Assembly (NCBI RefSeq): GCF_963921235.1
Contig: NC_086118.1
Location: 18,788,001-18,852,000 of the forward strand
Origin: Mobula hypostoma
Lineage: Eukaryota
Reading direction: 5' to 3'
DNA length: 64,000 nt
The position numbers and the translations under genes are program-made. This document shows, in pieces, positions 51,755 to 64,000 of this stretch (position 1 is the stretch's first letter; each line of letters opens with the position of its first letter). The notes beneath the pieces are model-generated. The model was not told where the DNA came from, ran no database searches, and saw nothing but the letters and a program-made list of their open reading frames with translations.

Positions 51755-54644
51755 TAGAAACATAGAAACATAGAAAATAGGTGGAGGAGTAGGCCATTCG
51801 GCCCTTCGAGCCTGCACCGCCATTTATTATGATCATGGTTGATCATCCAACTCAGAACCCTGCCCCAGCCTTCCCTTCATACCCTCTGATCCCCATAGCC
51901 ACAAGGGCCATATCTAACTCCCTCTTAAATATAGCCAATGAACTGGCCTCAACTGTTTCCTGTGGCAGAGAATTCCACAGATTCACCACTCTCTGTGTGA
52001 AGAAGTTTTTCCTAATCTCGGTCCTAAAAGGCTTCCCCTTTATCCTCAAACTGTGACCCCTCGTTCTGGACTTCCCCAACATCGGGAACAATCTTCCTGC
52101 ATCCAGCCTGTCCAATCCCTTTAGGATCTTATACATTTCAATCAGATCCCCCCTCAATCTTCTAAATTCCAACGAGTACAAGCCCAGTTCATCCAGTCTT
52201 TCTTCATATGAAAGTCCTGCCATCCCAGGAATCAATCTGGTGAACCTTCTTAGTACTCCCTCTATGGCAAGGATGTCTTTCCTCAGATTAGGGGACCAAA
52301 ACTGCACACAATACTCCAGGTGTGGTCTCACCAAGGCCTTGTACAACTGCAGTAGTACCTCACTGCTCCTGTACTCGAATCCTCTTGCTATAAATGCCAG
52401 CATACCATTCACCTTTTTAACCACCTGCTGTACCTGCATGCCCACTTTCAATGACTGGTGTATAATGACACCCAGGTCTCATTGCACCTCCCCCTTTTCC
52501 TAATCGGCCACCATTCAGATAATAATCTGTTTTCCTATTTTTGCCACCAAAGTGGATAACTTCACACTTATCCACATTAAATTGCATCTGCCATAAATTT
52601 GCCCACTCACCCAACCTATCCAAGTCACTCTGCATCCTCTTAGCATCCTCCTCACTGCTAACACTGCCACCCAGCTTCGTGTCATCCGCAAACTTGGAGA
52701 TGCTGCATTTAATTCCCTCATCCAAGTCATTAATATATATTGTAAACAACTGGGGTCCCAGCACTGAGCCTTGCGGTACCCCACTAGTCACCGCCTGCCA
52801 TTCTGAAAAGGTCCCGTTTATTCCCACTCTTTGCTTCCTGTCTGTTAACCAATTCTCCATCCACATCAATACCTTACCCCCAATACCATGTGCTTTAACT
52901 TTGCACACTAATCTCCTGTGTGGGACTTTGTCAAAAGCCTTTTGAAAATCCAAATATACCACATCCACTGGTTCTCTCCTATCCACTCTACTAGTTACAT
53001 CCTCAAAAAATTCTATGAGATTCGTCAGACAGGATTTTCCTTTCGCAAATCCATGCTGACTTTGCCCGATGATTTCACCGCTTTCCAAATGTGCTGTCAT
53101 CACATCTTTGATAACTGACTCCAGCAGTTTCCCCACCACCGACGTTAGGCTAACCGGTCTATAATTCCCCGGTTTCTCTCTCCCTCCTTTTTTAATAAGT
53201 GGGGTTACATTAGCCACCCTCCAATCCTCAGGAACTAGGCCAGAATCTAACGAGTTTTGAAAAATTATCACTAATGCATCCACTATTTCTTGGGCTACTT
53301 CCTTAAGCACTCTGGGATGCAGACCATCTGGCCCTGGGGATTTATCTGCCTTCAATCCCTTCAATTTACCTAACACCATTTCCCTACTAACATGTATTTC
53401 GCTCAGTTCCTCCATCTCACTGGACCCTCTGTCCCCTACTATTTCTGGAAGATTATTTATGTCCTCCTTAGTGAAGACAGAACCAAAGTAATTATTCAAT
53501 TGGTCTGCCATGTCCTTGCTCCCCATACCAGTCTTTACCAGTCTTTTCCTTTTTACATATCTATAAAAGCTTTTACAGTCAGTTTTTATGTTCCCTGCCA
53601 GTTTTCTCTCATAATCTTTTTTCCCTTTCCTAATTAAGCCCTTTGTCCTCCTCTGCTGAACTCTGAATTTCTCCCAGTCCTTAGGTGAGCCACTTTTTCT
53701 GACTAATTTGTATGCTTCTTCTTTGGAATTGATACTATCCCTAATTTCTAATTTCTCTTGTCAGCCACGGGTGCACTACCTTCCTTGATTTATTCTTTTG
53801 CCAAACTGGGATGAACAATTGTTGTAGTTCATCCATGCAACCTTTAAATGCTTGCCATTGCATATCCACCGTCAATCCTTTAAGTGTCATTTGCCAGTCT
53901 ATCTTAGCTAATTCACGTCTCATACCTTCAAAGTTACCCCTCTTTAAGTTCAGAAACTTTGTTTCTGAATTAACTATGTCACTCTCCATCTTAATGAAGA
54001 ATTCCACCATATTATGGTCACTCTTACCCAAGGGGCCTCTCACGACAAGATTGCTAATTAACCCTTCCTCATTGCTCAAAACCCAGTCCAGAATAGCCTG
54101 CTCTCTAGTTGGTTCCTCGACATGTTGGTTCAAAAAACCATCCCGCATACATTCCAAGAAATACTCTTCCTCAGCACCTCTACCAGTTTGGTTCATCCAA
54201 TCTACATGTAGATTGAAGTCACCCATTATAACTGCTGTTCCTTTATTGCACACATTTCTAATTTCCTGTTTAATAGCATCTCCGACCTCACTACTACTGT
54301 TAGGTGGCCTGTACACAACTCCCACCAGCGCTTTCTGCCCCTTAGTGTTACGCAGCTCTACCCATATCGATTCCACATCTTCCCGGCTTATGTCCTTCCT
54401 TTCTATTGTGTTAATCTCCTCTTTAACCAGCAACGCCACCCCACCTCCTTTTCTTTCATGTCTATCCCTCCTGAATATTGAATATCCCTGAACGTTGAGC
54501 TCCCATCCTTGGTCACCCTGGAGCCATGTCTCTGTGATCCCAACTATATCATAATCATTAATAACAATCTGCACTTTCAATTCATCCACCTTATTACGAA
54601 TGCTCCTTGCATTGACACACAAAGCCTTCAGGCGCTCTTTTACA
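51755..54644 (-). mobile_element. Young CR1 LINE, 2.9 kb, 5'-truncated at start of the endonuclease
   Basis: ORFs 53741..54622 (APE), 52417..53526 (RT incl. FADD), 51852..52451; (TTTCTATG)n tail; 13-bp TSD ATGATGATGCTCA at 51742-51754 and 54645-54657. Confidence 0.97.
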
Positions 54645-54724
54645 ATGATGATGCTCAGTATGAAGAGGCAGTATATGAGACTACATAGGTACAGTACATC
54701 TCCACATCCTGCTAATTCAGTACT

Positions 54725-55990
54725 AGAGTGCCATAGGAGTGTGCTTTCTCCCTTCTCCTATTTTTTTTCTATATGCCAAAGACTGCATCTCCATTGATCC
54801 ATCTGTTAAACTGATAAAGTTTGCGGGGGGCACCACTGTCATTGGACTAATTACCAGAGGCTGTGAATACAAATACCACCTGGAAGTTAGCAAGCTGAGA
54901 GTCCTGGTGCAATCACAACAACTTGGAGTTGAATGCCTTCAAAACTGAGGAGTTCCATATTGACTTCAGGAGAACTGTGTCTCCTCACTACCCACTCATT
55001 ATCAACAACCCTACACTTGGCACTGTTTCAACATTCGGGTTCCTGGCCATTATTATTTCACAGGACCTCATGTGCAAAATAAGACTCAGCATAGGATACA
55101 CCTGTTACGGCAGCTGGTAAAATTGCACCGTCCCCAGAACCTATTGCTGCAATTCTACGTTGCCATACGAGAGAGAGTATCCTCACATAAGCCATTACTG
55201 TCTGTTTTAGTGCAGTATCCCCTCTCAATATCTGAAAACTACAGCAAACTGTCAGGTCAACTGAAAAGGTCATTGGCTGCAGTCTGCCATCACTGCAAGA
55301 CTTGTATGTGACCAGGATATAGGAGCTGGGAGAAAAAAAAAATCATTGCAGACACTACCCACCCAGTAAGCTGTTTTTCACAAAAAGCTATCTTCTGGAA
55401 AGCACTATAGGGCTATTAAGACAAAAATTTCATGCTAACTTGAATGTTTCTTCCCCCAGGCAGTTAATATGATCAACCATTCAAGTTAGCCACTTCCACC
55501 CCCTCTATTACCTCAGTCACTGCATTGCAAGCACTTTAATCCACTTTTTGTAATGCTGTGTATATTAGAAATATGAAGAAGAAGAAAGCCCTTAACTCCA
55601 AGTGGAGTTATTGGGACGAGTTGTGACGGCGTTTTTTTTTAAGCAGGCTTTCTTATTTTTATGAGGCCAAGTTGCTAGCTCGACGCTCAACCCAGCACGG
55701 ATGGAAAGCGTGCAAGGGAGCCGGCTGGATTCGAACTCGGGAGCCTTCGTTCCAAAGTCCGGTTTTGATGCCACTACGCCACCAGCCGGCAGATTAGAAA
55801 TATGTGCTGGCATTTATTTATGTACATTTTATTCCATTTTCGTACCTTAACCTCTTAGTTTAGTTTTTAAATAACTTTATTCTTATAATTGTGATTATTG
55901 TTTTTGTGCATGTTGCATCAACACACCACAGCAAATTCCTAATACGTGTAAATATATATGCAAATAAAATTGGCTTTTGATCTTTGATTC
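54725..55990 (+). mobile_element. Rex1/Babar 3' fragment containing a SINE
   Basis: VLSP..F..Y..DC; SVKLIKFAGGTTVIGLI; LNAFKTEE..IDFRR; KTQHRIHLLRQL. Confidence 0.8.
55576..55792 (-). mobile_element. Young tRNA-derived SINE with (TTC)n tail
   Basis: Reverse strand A-box TGGCGTAGTGG and B-box GAGTTCGAATCC; 12-bp TSD ATTAGAAATATG (55564-55575, 55793-55804); CpG-rich. Confidence 0.85.
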
Positions 55991-57169
55991 TGCTGCCTTT
56001 CCCCTTTCGAGCTGCTGAGAGGTCTATCCTAACTTTGTGCAAGAAATACCGCATAAGACTAAGGCAAGGACAGCTCTTAAAGTGATTTGACTGTAGCTGA
56101 AACATCTGCTGAGAAAATGGTGCATTGTATAGGGCATTTAGAAGAATGATCTGTGTGGAATCTGGAACCACTGGACCAAATTGTAGGGCACATGGAAGGA
56201 TTAAACTTCAGACATGCACAGGGTGACTTGTAGACTTTTATTTTTTTTATTATTAACTATGCAATTTGCATTTGTACTGTATTCATCAGACATGAAATCA
56301 TCAAGAAATGTAAAAAGGCAAGTTAGGACCTGTGAAAAAATGGGTAATTCATTTTTCCGTTACATCTAGCCACTAGCAACATGGACATTTCTTTGACGGC
56401 CAGCATTTATTGTCCACCCACAATTATATTGGAGATGATGGTGTTGAGTCACAAAATAGCTGGGGTGGGATCTCAAAGGTACAGACCAAGCAAAGATGAA
56501 GAAACAGTGATAGATGTTCAAATCAGGATGGAATGCAACCTGGAGGACTGCCTACACATATTGGTGTTCCCATACCTCTAATGACCATTACATTCTTGGT
56601 TTACTTTTTGGAGATATTGTCAAAAAATTGATAGTGAGTTGTAGCAAAGCATTTTGATGGTGGAGGATCAGGGGGATAATCAAGTGACTTTTTGCCCTTA
56701 TTCTGTTGAACTTCTTGAAACTTGCTGAACCTGCAATCATCAAGGCAATGGAATGATTGCCTCATGTGTATCAGATGACAGAAGACCACTTTGGAAGTCG
56801 GAGATGCAGTCAATCATCATCTATAAATAGCTTTTGATTTGCTCCTGCAGGCACATCCAGTTATGTTCCTGGACAATCACAACTTCCATGTTTCTCACCA
56901 TGGAGGAATCCAGTAAAGGTCCTGTCATTGAATGTCAGGGAGAAGTGGTCATTCCATCTCACGTGACATGAACAATACTTGACACTTACCATCCTATGCC
57001 TGATGTTATCCATACCCCATGCCTTGGTAAATACAGGTACAGGTTGCTTTATTGTGGAGGAACAGTAATATTCACTTCACTGAAAGCAGAATGCTATCAG
57101 TCTCTTCCAAATGAAATGGAAGAATCTTTCCTTACACCTCATTTTCATCACCTTCTCTTCTTGAAATGC

Positions 57170-58150
57170 AGATGTTGGCAATGGCTGAGAGGCTTCTTTT
57201 TACAGTACATGTCAATGGCTTGGATGAAGGGATTGATGGCTTTGCTGCTAAGTTTGCAGATGATATAAAGATAGATGGATGAGAAAGTAGTGTTAAAGAA
57301 GGAGTGAGTCTGCAAAAGGACAGGCAGATTAGGAGAATGGACAATGAAGTGGCAGATAGAATATAGTAAGGGGAGTGTTAGAAGGAATAAAGGTACAGAC
57401 AATTTTCAAAACAGGGAAAAAAAATTCAGAGATCAGAGGCGTAAAGGGACTTGGGAGTACTCGTGCAGGATTCCCTAAAGGTTAACTTGCAGGTTGAGTT
57501 GGTAGTAAAGAAGGCAAATGTAATGTTAGCATTCATTTTGAGGGTACTAGAGTATAAAATTCAGGATATAACGCTGAAGCTTTATAAGGCATTGGTCCGA
57601 CTGCCCGTGGTGCATTGTAGGCAGTTTTAGGCCCCTTATCTAGGAAAGATGTGCTGGCACAGAAGAGGGTCCTTTAGGAGGTTCATAAGAATGATTCTGG
57701 GAATGAAAGGGCTAATGTATGAGGGGCATTTAATGTCTCTATGCCTATACTTGCTGGAGTTAGAGGAATGAGAGGGGGTTCTCATCGAAAACTATCAAAT
57801 ATTGAAAGACTTAGATAGAATGGATGTGGAGGGAATGTTTCCTTTGGTGGGTAGGTCTAGGACCAGAGGACACAACCTCAGGATAGAGGGACATCCATTT
57901 AGAACAGAGGTGAGAAGGAATTTCTTTAGCCAGAGGATGATGAATCTGTGGAATTCGTTGCCACAGATGATTATGGAGGCCAAGTCATTGGGTACTGGAC
58001 ATTTAAAGTGGAGGTTGATAGGTTCATGATTATTCCGGTTATGGGAAGGAGAAAGGAGAATGGAGTTGAGAGGGATAATAAATCAGGTGATGGAATGGTG
58101 GAACTGACTCAATGGGCCAAATGGCCTAAATCTGCTCTTGTGTCTTATGA
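57170..58150 (+). mobile_element. CR1 3' fragment
   Basis: AKFADD at ~57247; SRTRGHNLRIEGHPFRTEVRRNFFSQR. Confidence 0.85.
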
Positions 58151-58534
58151 TCCTCTGCTCTGTAGTTGCCAAATGAGGATACAGAAGTTGATGTTGAATT
58201 ATCAGACACTCTCCACAGTGTCCTATCATATGTCATTAGATATTTCTGTGCAACAGGGTTGTTTCTGGAACACACTGATAGTTATGATCCTTGTGGAAGG
58301 GTGCATGTCATTTAGACAGCATTGTCTTTACAGCGTGTTGCAGAGTCAGGATCTAGATGGTTAGAGGCTAATCTTGGTGCCCAAGTAGCCTCTCTCTGAT
58401 CGAGTGTAGTTTCTAAAAGTGAGAGGTTACAGAAGAATATTCTGCAATGATACACATACTGTATCTTGTATAGACCATGAGGTATCTCTGTTGCATTGTT
58501 TTGGTTTATTACTGTAAGGTTATTTATTATCCTA

Positions 58535-59462
58535 AGGTTGTTATGGCTGGGGGTGGTAATGGGGACAAGCTCCCACTACCTGTTAAGTGCTCCCAATGGT
58601 ATGCCTCTGAAATAGCCTCTGACAATCAAGTCCTGCTCCTGGCCTTCACATGTGGCTTAGCTACTAAGCCCAGAGGAATCATTTCTACTGACAGGAGAAG
58701 GGGCAAAGGCAGGTTACTGGCATTTTAAAAGCAGTAGCTTTGGGTAGATGAGGCTCATCAACCATGGTTGGCAGCTCATCTCGGAGAAGGAAAACTCTGA
58801 TCTCAAACCTCCACTGCCTAGAGGCTATACCCTCCCATGGGGAAGGATTTGGGAGTAAACCCCAAGGGAAAAGTCTGAAGCTGGAGTCCCTAAGGCAGTA
58901 CTACACGGAATTCAACATTGACCGGCAACTCCTGCAACACTGCTGGTGCCAAACTGCTTCAATCTCTGCCAAATGTTGAAAGGACTAGATAAGGTGAATG
59001 TGGAGAGGATGCTTCCTGTGATGGGGGTGTCCAGAACTAAAGGGCACAGACTCAAAATTGAGGGGCAACCCTTTAGAACAGAGGTAAGGAGGAATTTATT
59101 TAGCCAGAGAGTAGTGAATCCATGGAATGCTCTGCCACAGACAGCTGTGGAGGCCGAGAACATGAGTATACTTAAAGCGAAAATTGGTAGTTTCCTGAAA
59201 GGTTATGATGGGAGAAGGTAGGTGTATGAGGTCGAGTGGGATCCAGGATCAGCCGGGATGGAATAGCGGAGCAGACTGGATAGTCTGAATGGCCTAAATC
59301 TGCTCTTATGGCTTATGGCTTCTTTGTGTTCACCAGATGCATGGAAAGGTGGAGCCTGCTACACGGGCAACAGCTTACTCTCCAAATCGTACTCCCCTGG
59401 CATGTGTATCTAGACAGCTAGGACCCAGCATCCATGGTTTACCCTGACAAACCAAGTCCTCA
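58535..59462 (+). repeat. Unclassified interspersed repeat, copy 2, split by a CR1
   Basis: Colinear with 3245-3772 on both sides of the 58968-59318 insertion. Confidence 0.75.
58968..59318 (+). mobile_element. CR1 3' fragment
   Basis: MLKGLDKVNVERMLP..SRTKGHRLKI..FRTEVRRNLFSQRVVN; (CTTATGG)n tail. Confidence 0.85.
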
Positions 59463-59467
59463 GAGGG

Positions 59468-59870
59468 TTCATTTTCATTTTGTGTACCAAAATACAGTGA
59501 AAAGCTTTTGATTTGCAGGCGATCCATCCAGATGGATCATACCACACATAATTACATTGAGGTCGTAAACCGAAAATGGAATGTAGAATACAGAGAAAGT
59601 GCAAAGCAGATAGACAAATAAACTACAAGGGTCAAAATGAAGTGCAACAGAAGGCCAAGAGTTCAACAGTTCATCTTTGAACATCTGAGAGGTCCATTCA
59701 AGGGTCTGATAACAGTGGGATAGAAGACATCCTTGAGTCTGGTGGTTTGTGATCTTAGGCTTTTGCATCTTCTGCCTATCACAAGAGGGGAGAAGAGACA
59801 ATCACCAGGTTGGATGGGGTCCTTGAATATGTAACTGATTTCTTGAAGCAGTGGGAAGAGTAGATGGAGT
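59468..59870 (-). mobile_element. Rex1/Babar-like 3' end, decayed
   Basis: Reverse strand CAAAAGCTTTTCACTGTAT 3' UTR and LLPS.DR remnant. Confidence 0.55.
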
Positions 59871-61896
59871 CAATGGAGAGAAGGTTGTTCACTATTCCTT
59901 GCAATTATTTTGCATTGTTGGCCAGTGCAGTTGTCAGGGTAATCTCAGACCAGCTGCACACTGGGGACATAATCTTTGCCTTTCAAGTATATTTCCTCAC
60001 ATTGCATCACAGCCCTAAGGTGATGAAGGCTCCCAAGGATGACATTCACTTCTGGCAGCTCGCTGCCTCTAGGAGAGGGTGAAGTGTTTACCCCCTCAGA
60101 CTTCAAAACTTCTGTCAACTCTCCAGTTTTCCATTGACTGAGATCTGCTTCTGATACCGCACTGGGACTACAGCTGGGGCAGATCTCAGTCAGTACATCC
60201 CTGTTTCACACTGAAGTGCAAAAAGGAAAATATGTCCTGTTCACAAATTGCGAACAGGTCCTTCTACCAAGGGGCTTTTGTCTTGTTCTTCACTTCCCAG
60301 AAGGCTGGTCTTGCAGTGTTATCTTCTCCCTCTATGTTAAAACCCCAGAAAAATGACCACCAATATACCTACTGCTGGAAGGAAAAAAGATAGAACAGGT
60401 TTCTACACCCAGACATCAGATTTCTAAGTGGCCCATAATCTCATGAACACTGCCTCATTATTCCTTTTCTTTTTGCATTCTTTACTTATTTTGTAATGCT
60501 TTCGCACTATACTGCTGCTGCAAAACAACAAACTTCATGTTATATAAGACAGGGATAAAAAAAACCTGATTCTATCCTCCCGATTCTTCAGGAAAAGATG
60601 GCTAAAAGTGAAGTCATAACCAAAGCCATAGCACTCCCTGGCGGCATTGGAATCAATCGTCTCTTTTGACAACAGTAATACCACATTTCTCTCCAACTCA
60701 TTTCAGTCAATTATCAAGAAACCTGCAGGTTATTGACAATTCCTTTAGAAAGTACAGGTTGATCGAAGGAGTGTAGATTAGGTTTTCCTTGCTATTTGGT
60801 TCCCAACACAGCACCAGTGGGATGGCCATGAACCAGTTTTTCAGGACTTTCATCAAAAGCTGACTACTCCTTCAATTTTCAATGCATGCACATGACATGT
60901 AACCAATTTTCCAACGGCAAATGAAACTGAGCCCACATTTCACCTCCAGTTTTTGGGCAGTGAGAGTTATAGAACTCCATTTCATAGCCTTTGCCTCAGG
61001 TGGCACTGTACCTGCCTTTCATTAAATGCTCAGTGGGTCAGTCACATTGGGCCAGCCCCACATTTACCTGTTGCATATCAACATTTCCTTCTACAGGTAT
61101 TTGTTATAAGTCTAATAGAATAAAAATTAGTTAAGTGTCATGAACATACAGTATATCTAACAGCCAAAATACCAAATTGTCAGGCACTTAGAATGTAAAG
61201 TATTACAATAATAGTGAAAAAATTCTTATACTGGAAATCTGATGAAAGTCATCTGCCTGAAATATTAACTCTTTATTGCTCCACAGATGCTCCCTAGCCT
61301 GATATGTATTCCAACCTTTATTTCATTTTGACCTCACCTGTCTTCCTCAGAGATATCTGAATGGCACAAATTAGAATCTCATAGGATCTCTTATATCAAC
61401 CTGAGAGACCAGTGGTGATTTCATCTACAACATGCCACTTTCTACAGCACAACATTTCCTTAGCACCAGACTGAAATGTCAAGCTGGATTAAACATTTTA
61501 AATTGCAAGTGATCCAACTTGCTGTGAGCAGCTCCATGGGCGAAATGTCACAGACCAAATAAAGATAGAGCACTGCAGATCTTCCACTGTTACTGGTTAA
61601 CTATTGCTTGTACCATCAGCCTGGCCCAGAACCCAGTCGTTCTCTGGGAGATCACGTGGGCGTGACACAGAAGCCCCCCGAACACAAGTGGCTGACTTCA
61701 GTGCCAACAGCAGCAATCAAATTGCTGACCTACTACCCCTCCCCCACCTCAGTTCACTGTCTGCCCAACCTGTCGTTCAAAATGACATTATCTCTGACAT
61801 TCGTAAATATTCATTGTCCATCAAAAAATAAAGATAATTTTAATAATTGTAAATAATGAAAACATATTGTAAAGTAACAAAACTAAAATCCCACTT

Positions 61897-62137
61897 TTTA
61901 AAGCAGAGGGTGATAAATCTGTGGAATTCATTGTCATGGACAGCTATGGTAATCAAGTTATTGTGTATATTTAAAAGCAAAGGTTGATAGGTTCTTGATT
62001 AGCAAGGGTGTCACAGGTTATGGGGAGGAGGTAGGAGAATGGAGTTGAGAGTTAAATCAGCCAAATCTGAATGGTGGATCAGACTTGATGTGCTGAATGA
62101 CCTAATTCTACTTCTATGGCCTATGTCATTATGGTCT
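61897..62137 (+). mobile_element. CR1 3' end
   Basis: CAGAGGGTGATAAATCTGTGGAATTC (QRVINLWNS) and CR1 3' UTR. Confidence 0.75.
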
Positions 62138-64000
62138 AAATATATTCAATGAAAACCTTTTAGTTGATGATCTCCTTTCAACCAACTTCTGCCACTGGTT
62201 TCAAAGGCTCGATATACTTGTGATAAGTTGACCTGATGTCAATTCAGCAAATGGATGTTCTACAGTTGAAAAAGTTTACATTGGCTCAAGGCTGAGTAAA
62301 AAATGGTACCAAAGCCTCTGGTCAGGACTTGCACAATTATGGTGACAGATCCATTGGGAATCCCAGGGAAGAACCGACCTTACATTTTTCCCCTAGGGAT
62401 TGGCACCAATCGTCCTACAACAAATTTCAGGATTTCCCTAAGGGGTGCTGGCCTCAAATTGACTTGGAAAAAGTATCTGTTTTTACAATGTTATCTCAAA
62501 ACCACTAATAGGTGTGCGTTACATGATGTAAAACTCCTTTGCCTAAAACACAATCTGGGGAGATTCACTGGCTGAATTAAATTCTGAATGTCTTGAGCTC
62601 TGCGGGATTTACAAAGCCAGGAAGACAATTATTGAACAAAATTTGACAGTTACTTCATTAATTTAGTTTCCAGAAATATTTGTAGATGCCATTACAGGAC
62701 TGAATAAATTGTTCTATGCTGTGATATAATGAAGTTAACCCACAAGGGAACAAGAGAACAAACATGTTACCAGTTGAAGTGACGTCACTAAATCCATTGA
62801 CATCCCTTGGCACTGCAAATTATAGTAACCAGATTCTATAATTTTTGGCATCAGATTTGGGAATGTGCTGCACTAATATCACCCACTGACATCTCATTCT
62901 ATTTTTTCTTACTGATCTGCTCATAATTTATTATTGGCCATTGCTTAAATTTAATGCCATTGGATTTTCTGGAATACTTGCACTGATTTTCTTTCGGACG
63001 GTTAAACAGGAGCCCATAAGTGGGTTTATCTCATTTTAATGGTGTGAAACAGTATCGTTTCTCATCCTAACACTGTTTCCATACGTGTCACAACCATTAT
63101 AATCTTCAATTGCAAGGTTCCCTGTGCATGTCTGCACCTTGTCAGTTTCAGCACTTGCTGCTCCAGACATCAAAACCATGGTTGCATACCTGTCAGCAAC
63201 CGTCCAGCTATTCTGCTCAAAGAATAGGTGCTGCAGTCTATGATGAATGAGGTGGGGGGACCTGGACAGGCTAGTGAAGAATACTGGCCACAAAAAGCAT
63301 GTTAACCTCAAAATTATATTTTTTTTTGGTGTGTTAAATGGACATTAAATGTTTACCTCAAGCAAAATCAGGGATCAGCAAAAAGAAAAACCTTAAAATA
63401 GTACATCCTCATTTTAAGGAATAATTTTTGTTGTTTTCTCAGGCACTAAAAACTGACATGCATTTCTACAGAAAGCCAGTTGCACAGCTCACGGCTGCTG
63501 TACGTGTCATGCACAGCCTGCTGGGAAGCAGGTCAGCACTGTGGCAGGCTCCCATGGAGATGAGGGAAAACAGTGGATAGGTCTGGGAAAGGGAATGGAG
63601 AAGGGGTAACAAAGCAAGATATTTGGGAAATTTAGGTCCAGGCTGTTTTTCCTGTTTTTTAATATGAAGTTTGAGTAAGCTTCTTAAATTGAAATTATAA
63701 GGAAACTGTGAGATGTGGCAGAAAGCTGTATTGTTCCTGAGATAAAGAAGTTGAGAATGCCTTCCAGGGAAACCCTGGGTAATATTCTGAAACAAAATCC
63801 AATAAATACTTTGAATATTTCAATCAGTGATGAGTGTAATAAGTGGCCAAAAGCATTCGTTTGCCTCACTGAATACTGCTTTATATATTTTGATAATTGA
63901 TGTCTGTTGATATCAACTTAATTTCATATTGAAAAACATCTCAAAGCAAAAACAATAAAACTTGAGCCATGAAGAAATAAGTAACTTATTTTTGCCTGCA

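Noticed and set aside
55715..55790. Possible tRNA gene
   Set aside because: A/B boxes continue into a SINE body with tail and TSD; no convincing cloverleaf.
63036..63311. 91-aa minus-strand ORF / possible exon with CAG|GTATGC donor
   Set aside because: Non-ATG start, no recognised homology, ambiguous acceptor.
1..64000. Prokaryotic-type systems (CRISPR, retron, operons) or a named host gene
   Set aside because: Repeat content is vertebrate; all RT ORFs are non-LTR retrotransposon type; no host protein recognised.

Overview
Vertebrate genomic DNA, most likely a cartilaginous fish (probably a ray/batoid; inferred from the repeat families, not from any gene). I recognise no host protein-coding gene, so this is probably intergenic or deep intronic sequence. 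It is dominated by transposon relics: many CR1 LINE pieces (two young 3-3.5 kb copies in opposite orientation at 30.2-33.7 kb and 51.8-54.6 kb), Rex1/Babar LINE fragments, RTE and Tx1 fragments, Penelope-like elements, tRNA-derived SINEs, a Tc1 relic, a hAT MITE and a probable Chapaev3 fragment. Most interesting: (1) a complete 1.24-kb non-autonomous Helitron (41092-42332; TC...CTAG, subterminal hairpin, A|T target) whose only coding cargo is a decayed 23-aa-periodic STPR-like repeat ORF followed by AATAAA, nested inside a Rex fragment inside a Tc1; (2) an in-phase U-UUA-AAC slippery heptamer plus overlapping UAAUG stop/start at the CR1 ORF1/ORF2 junction; (3) a minimal hammerhead-ribozyme motif reconstructable from several Penelope-like repeats; (4) an isolated G-U-containing hairpin, homeodomain-site clusters and unassigned exon-like segments in repeat-poor islands. 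Family calls come from motif recognition by eye; boundaries without TSDs are approximate.
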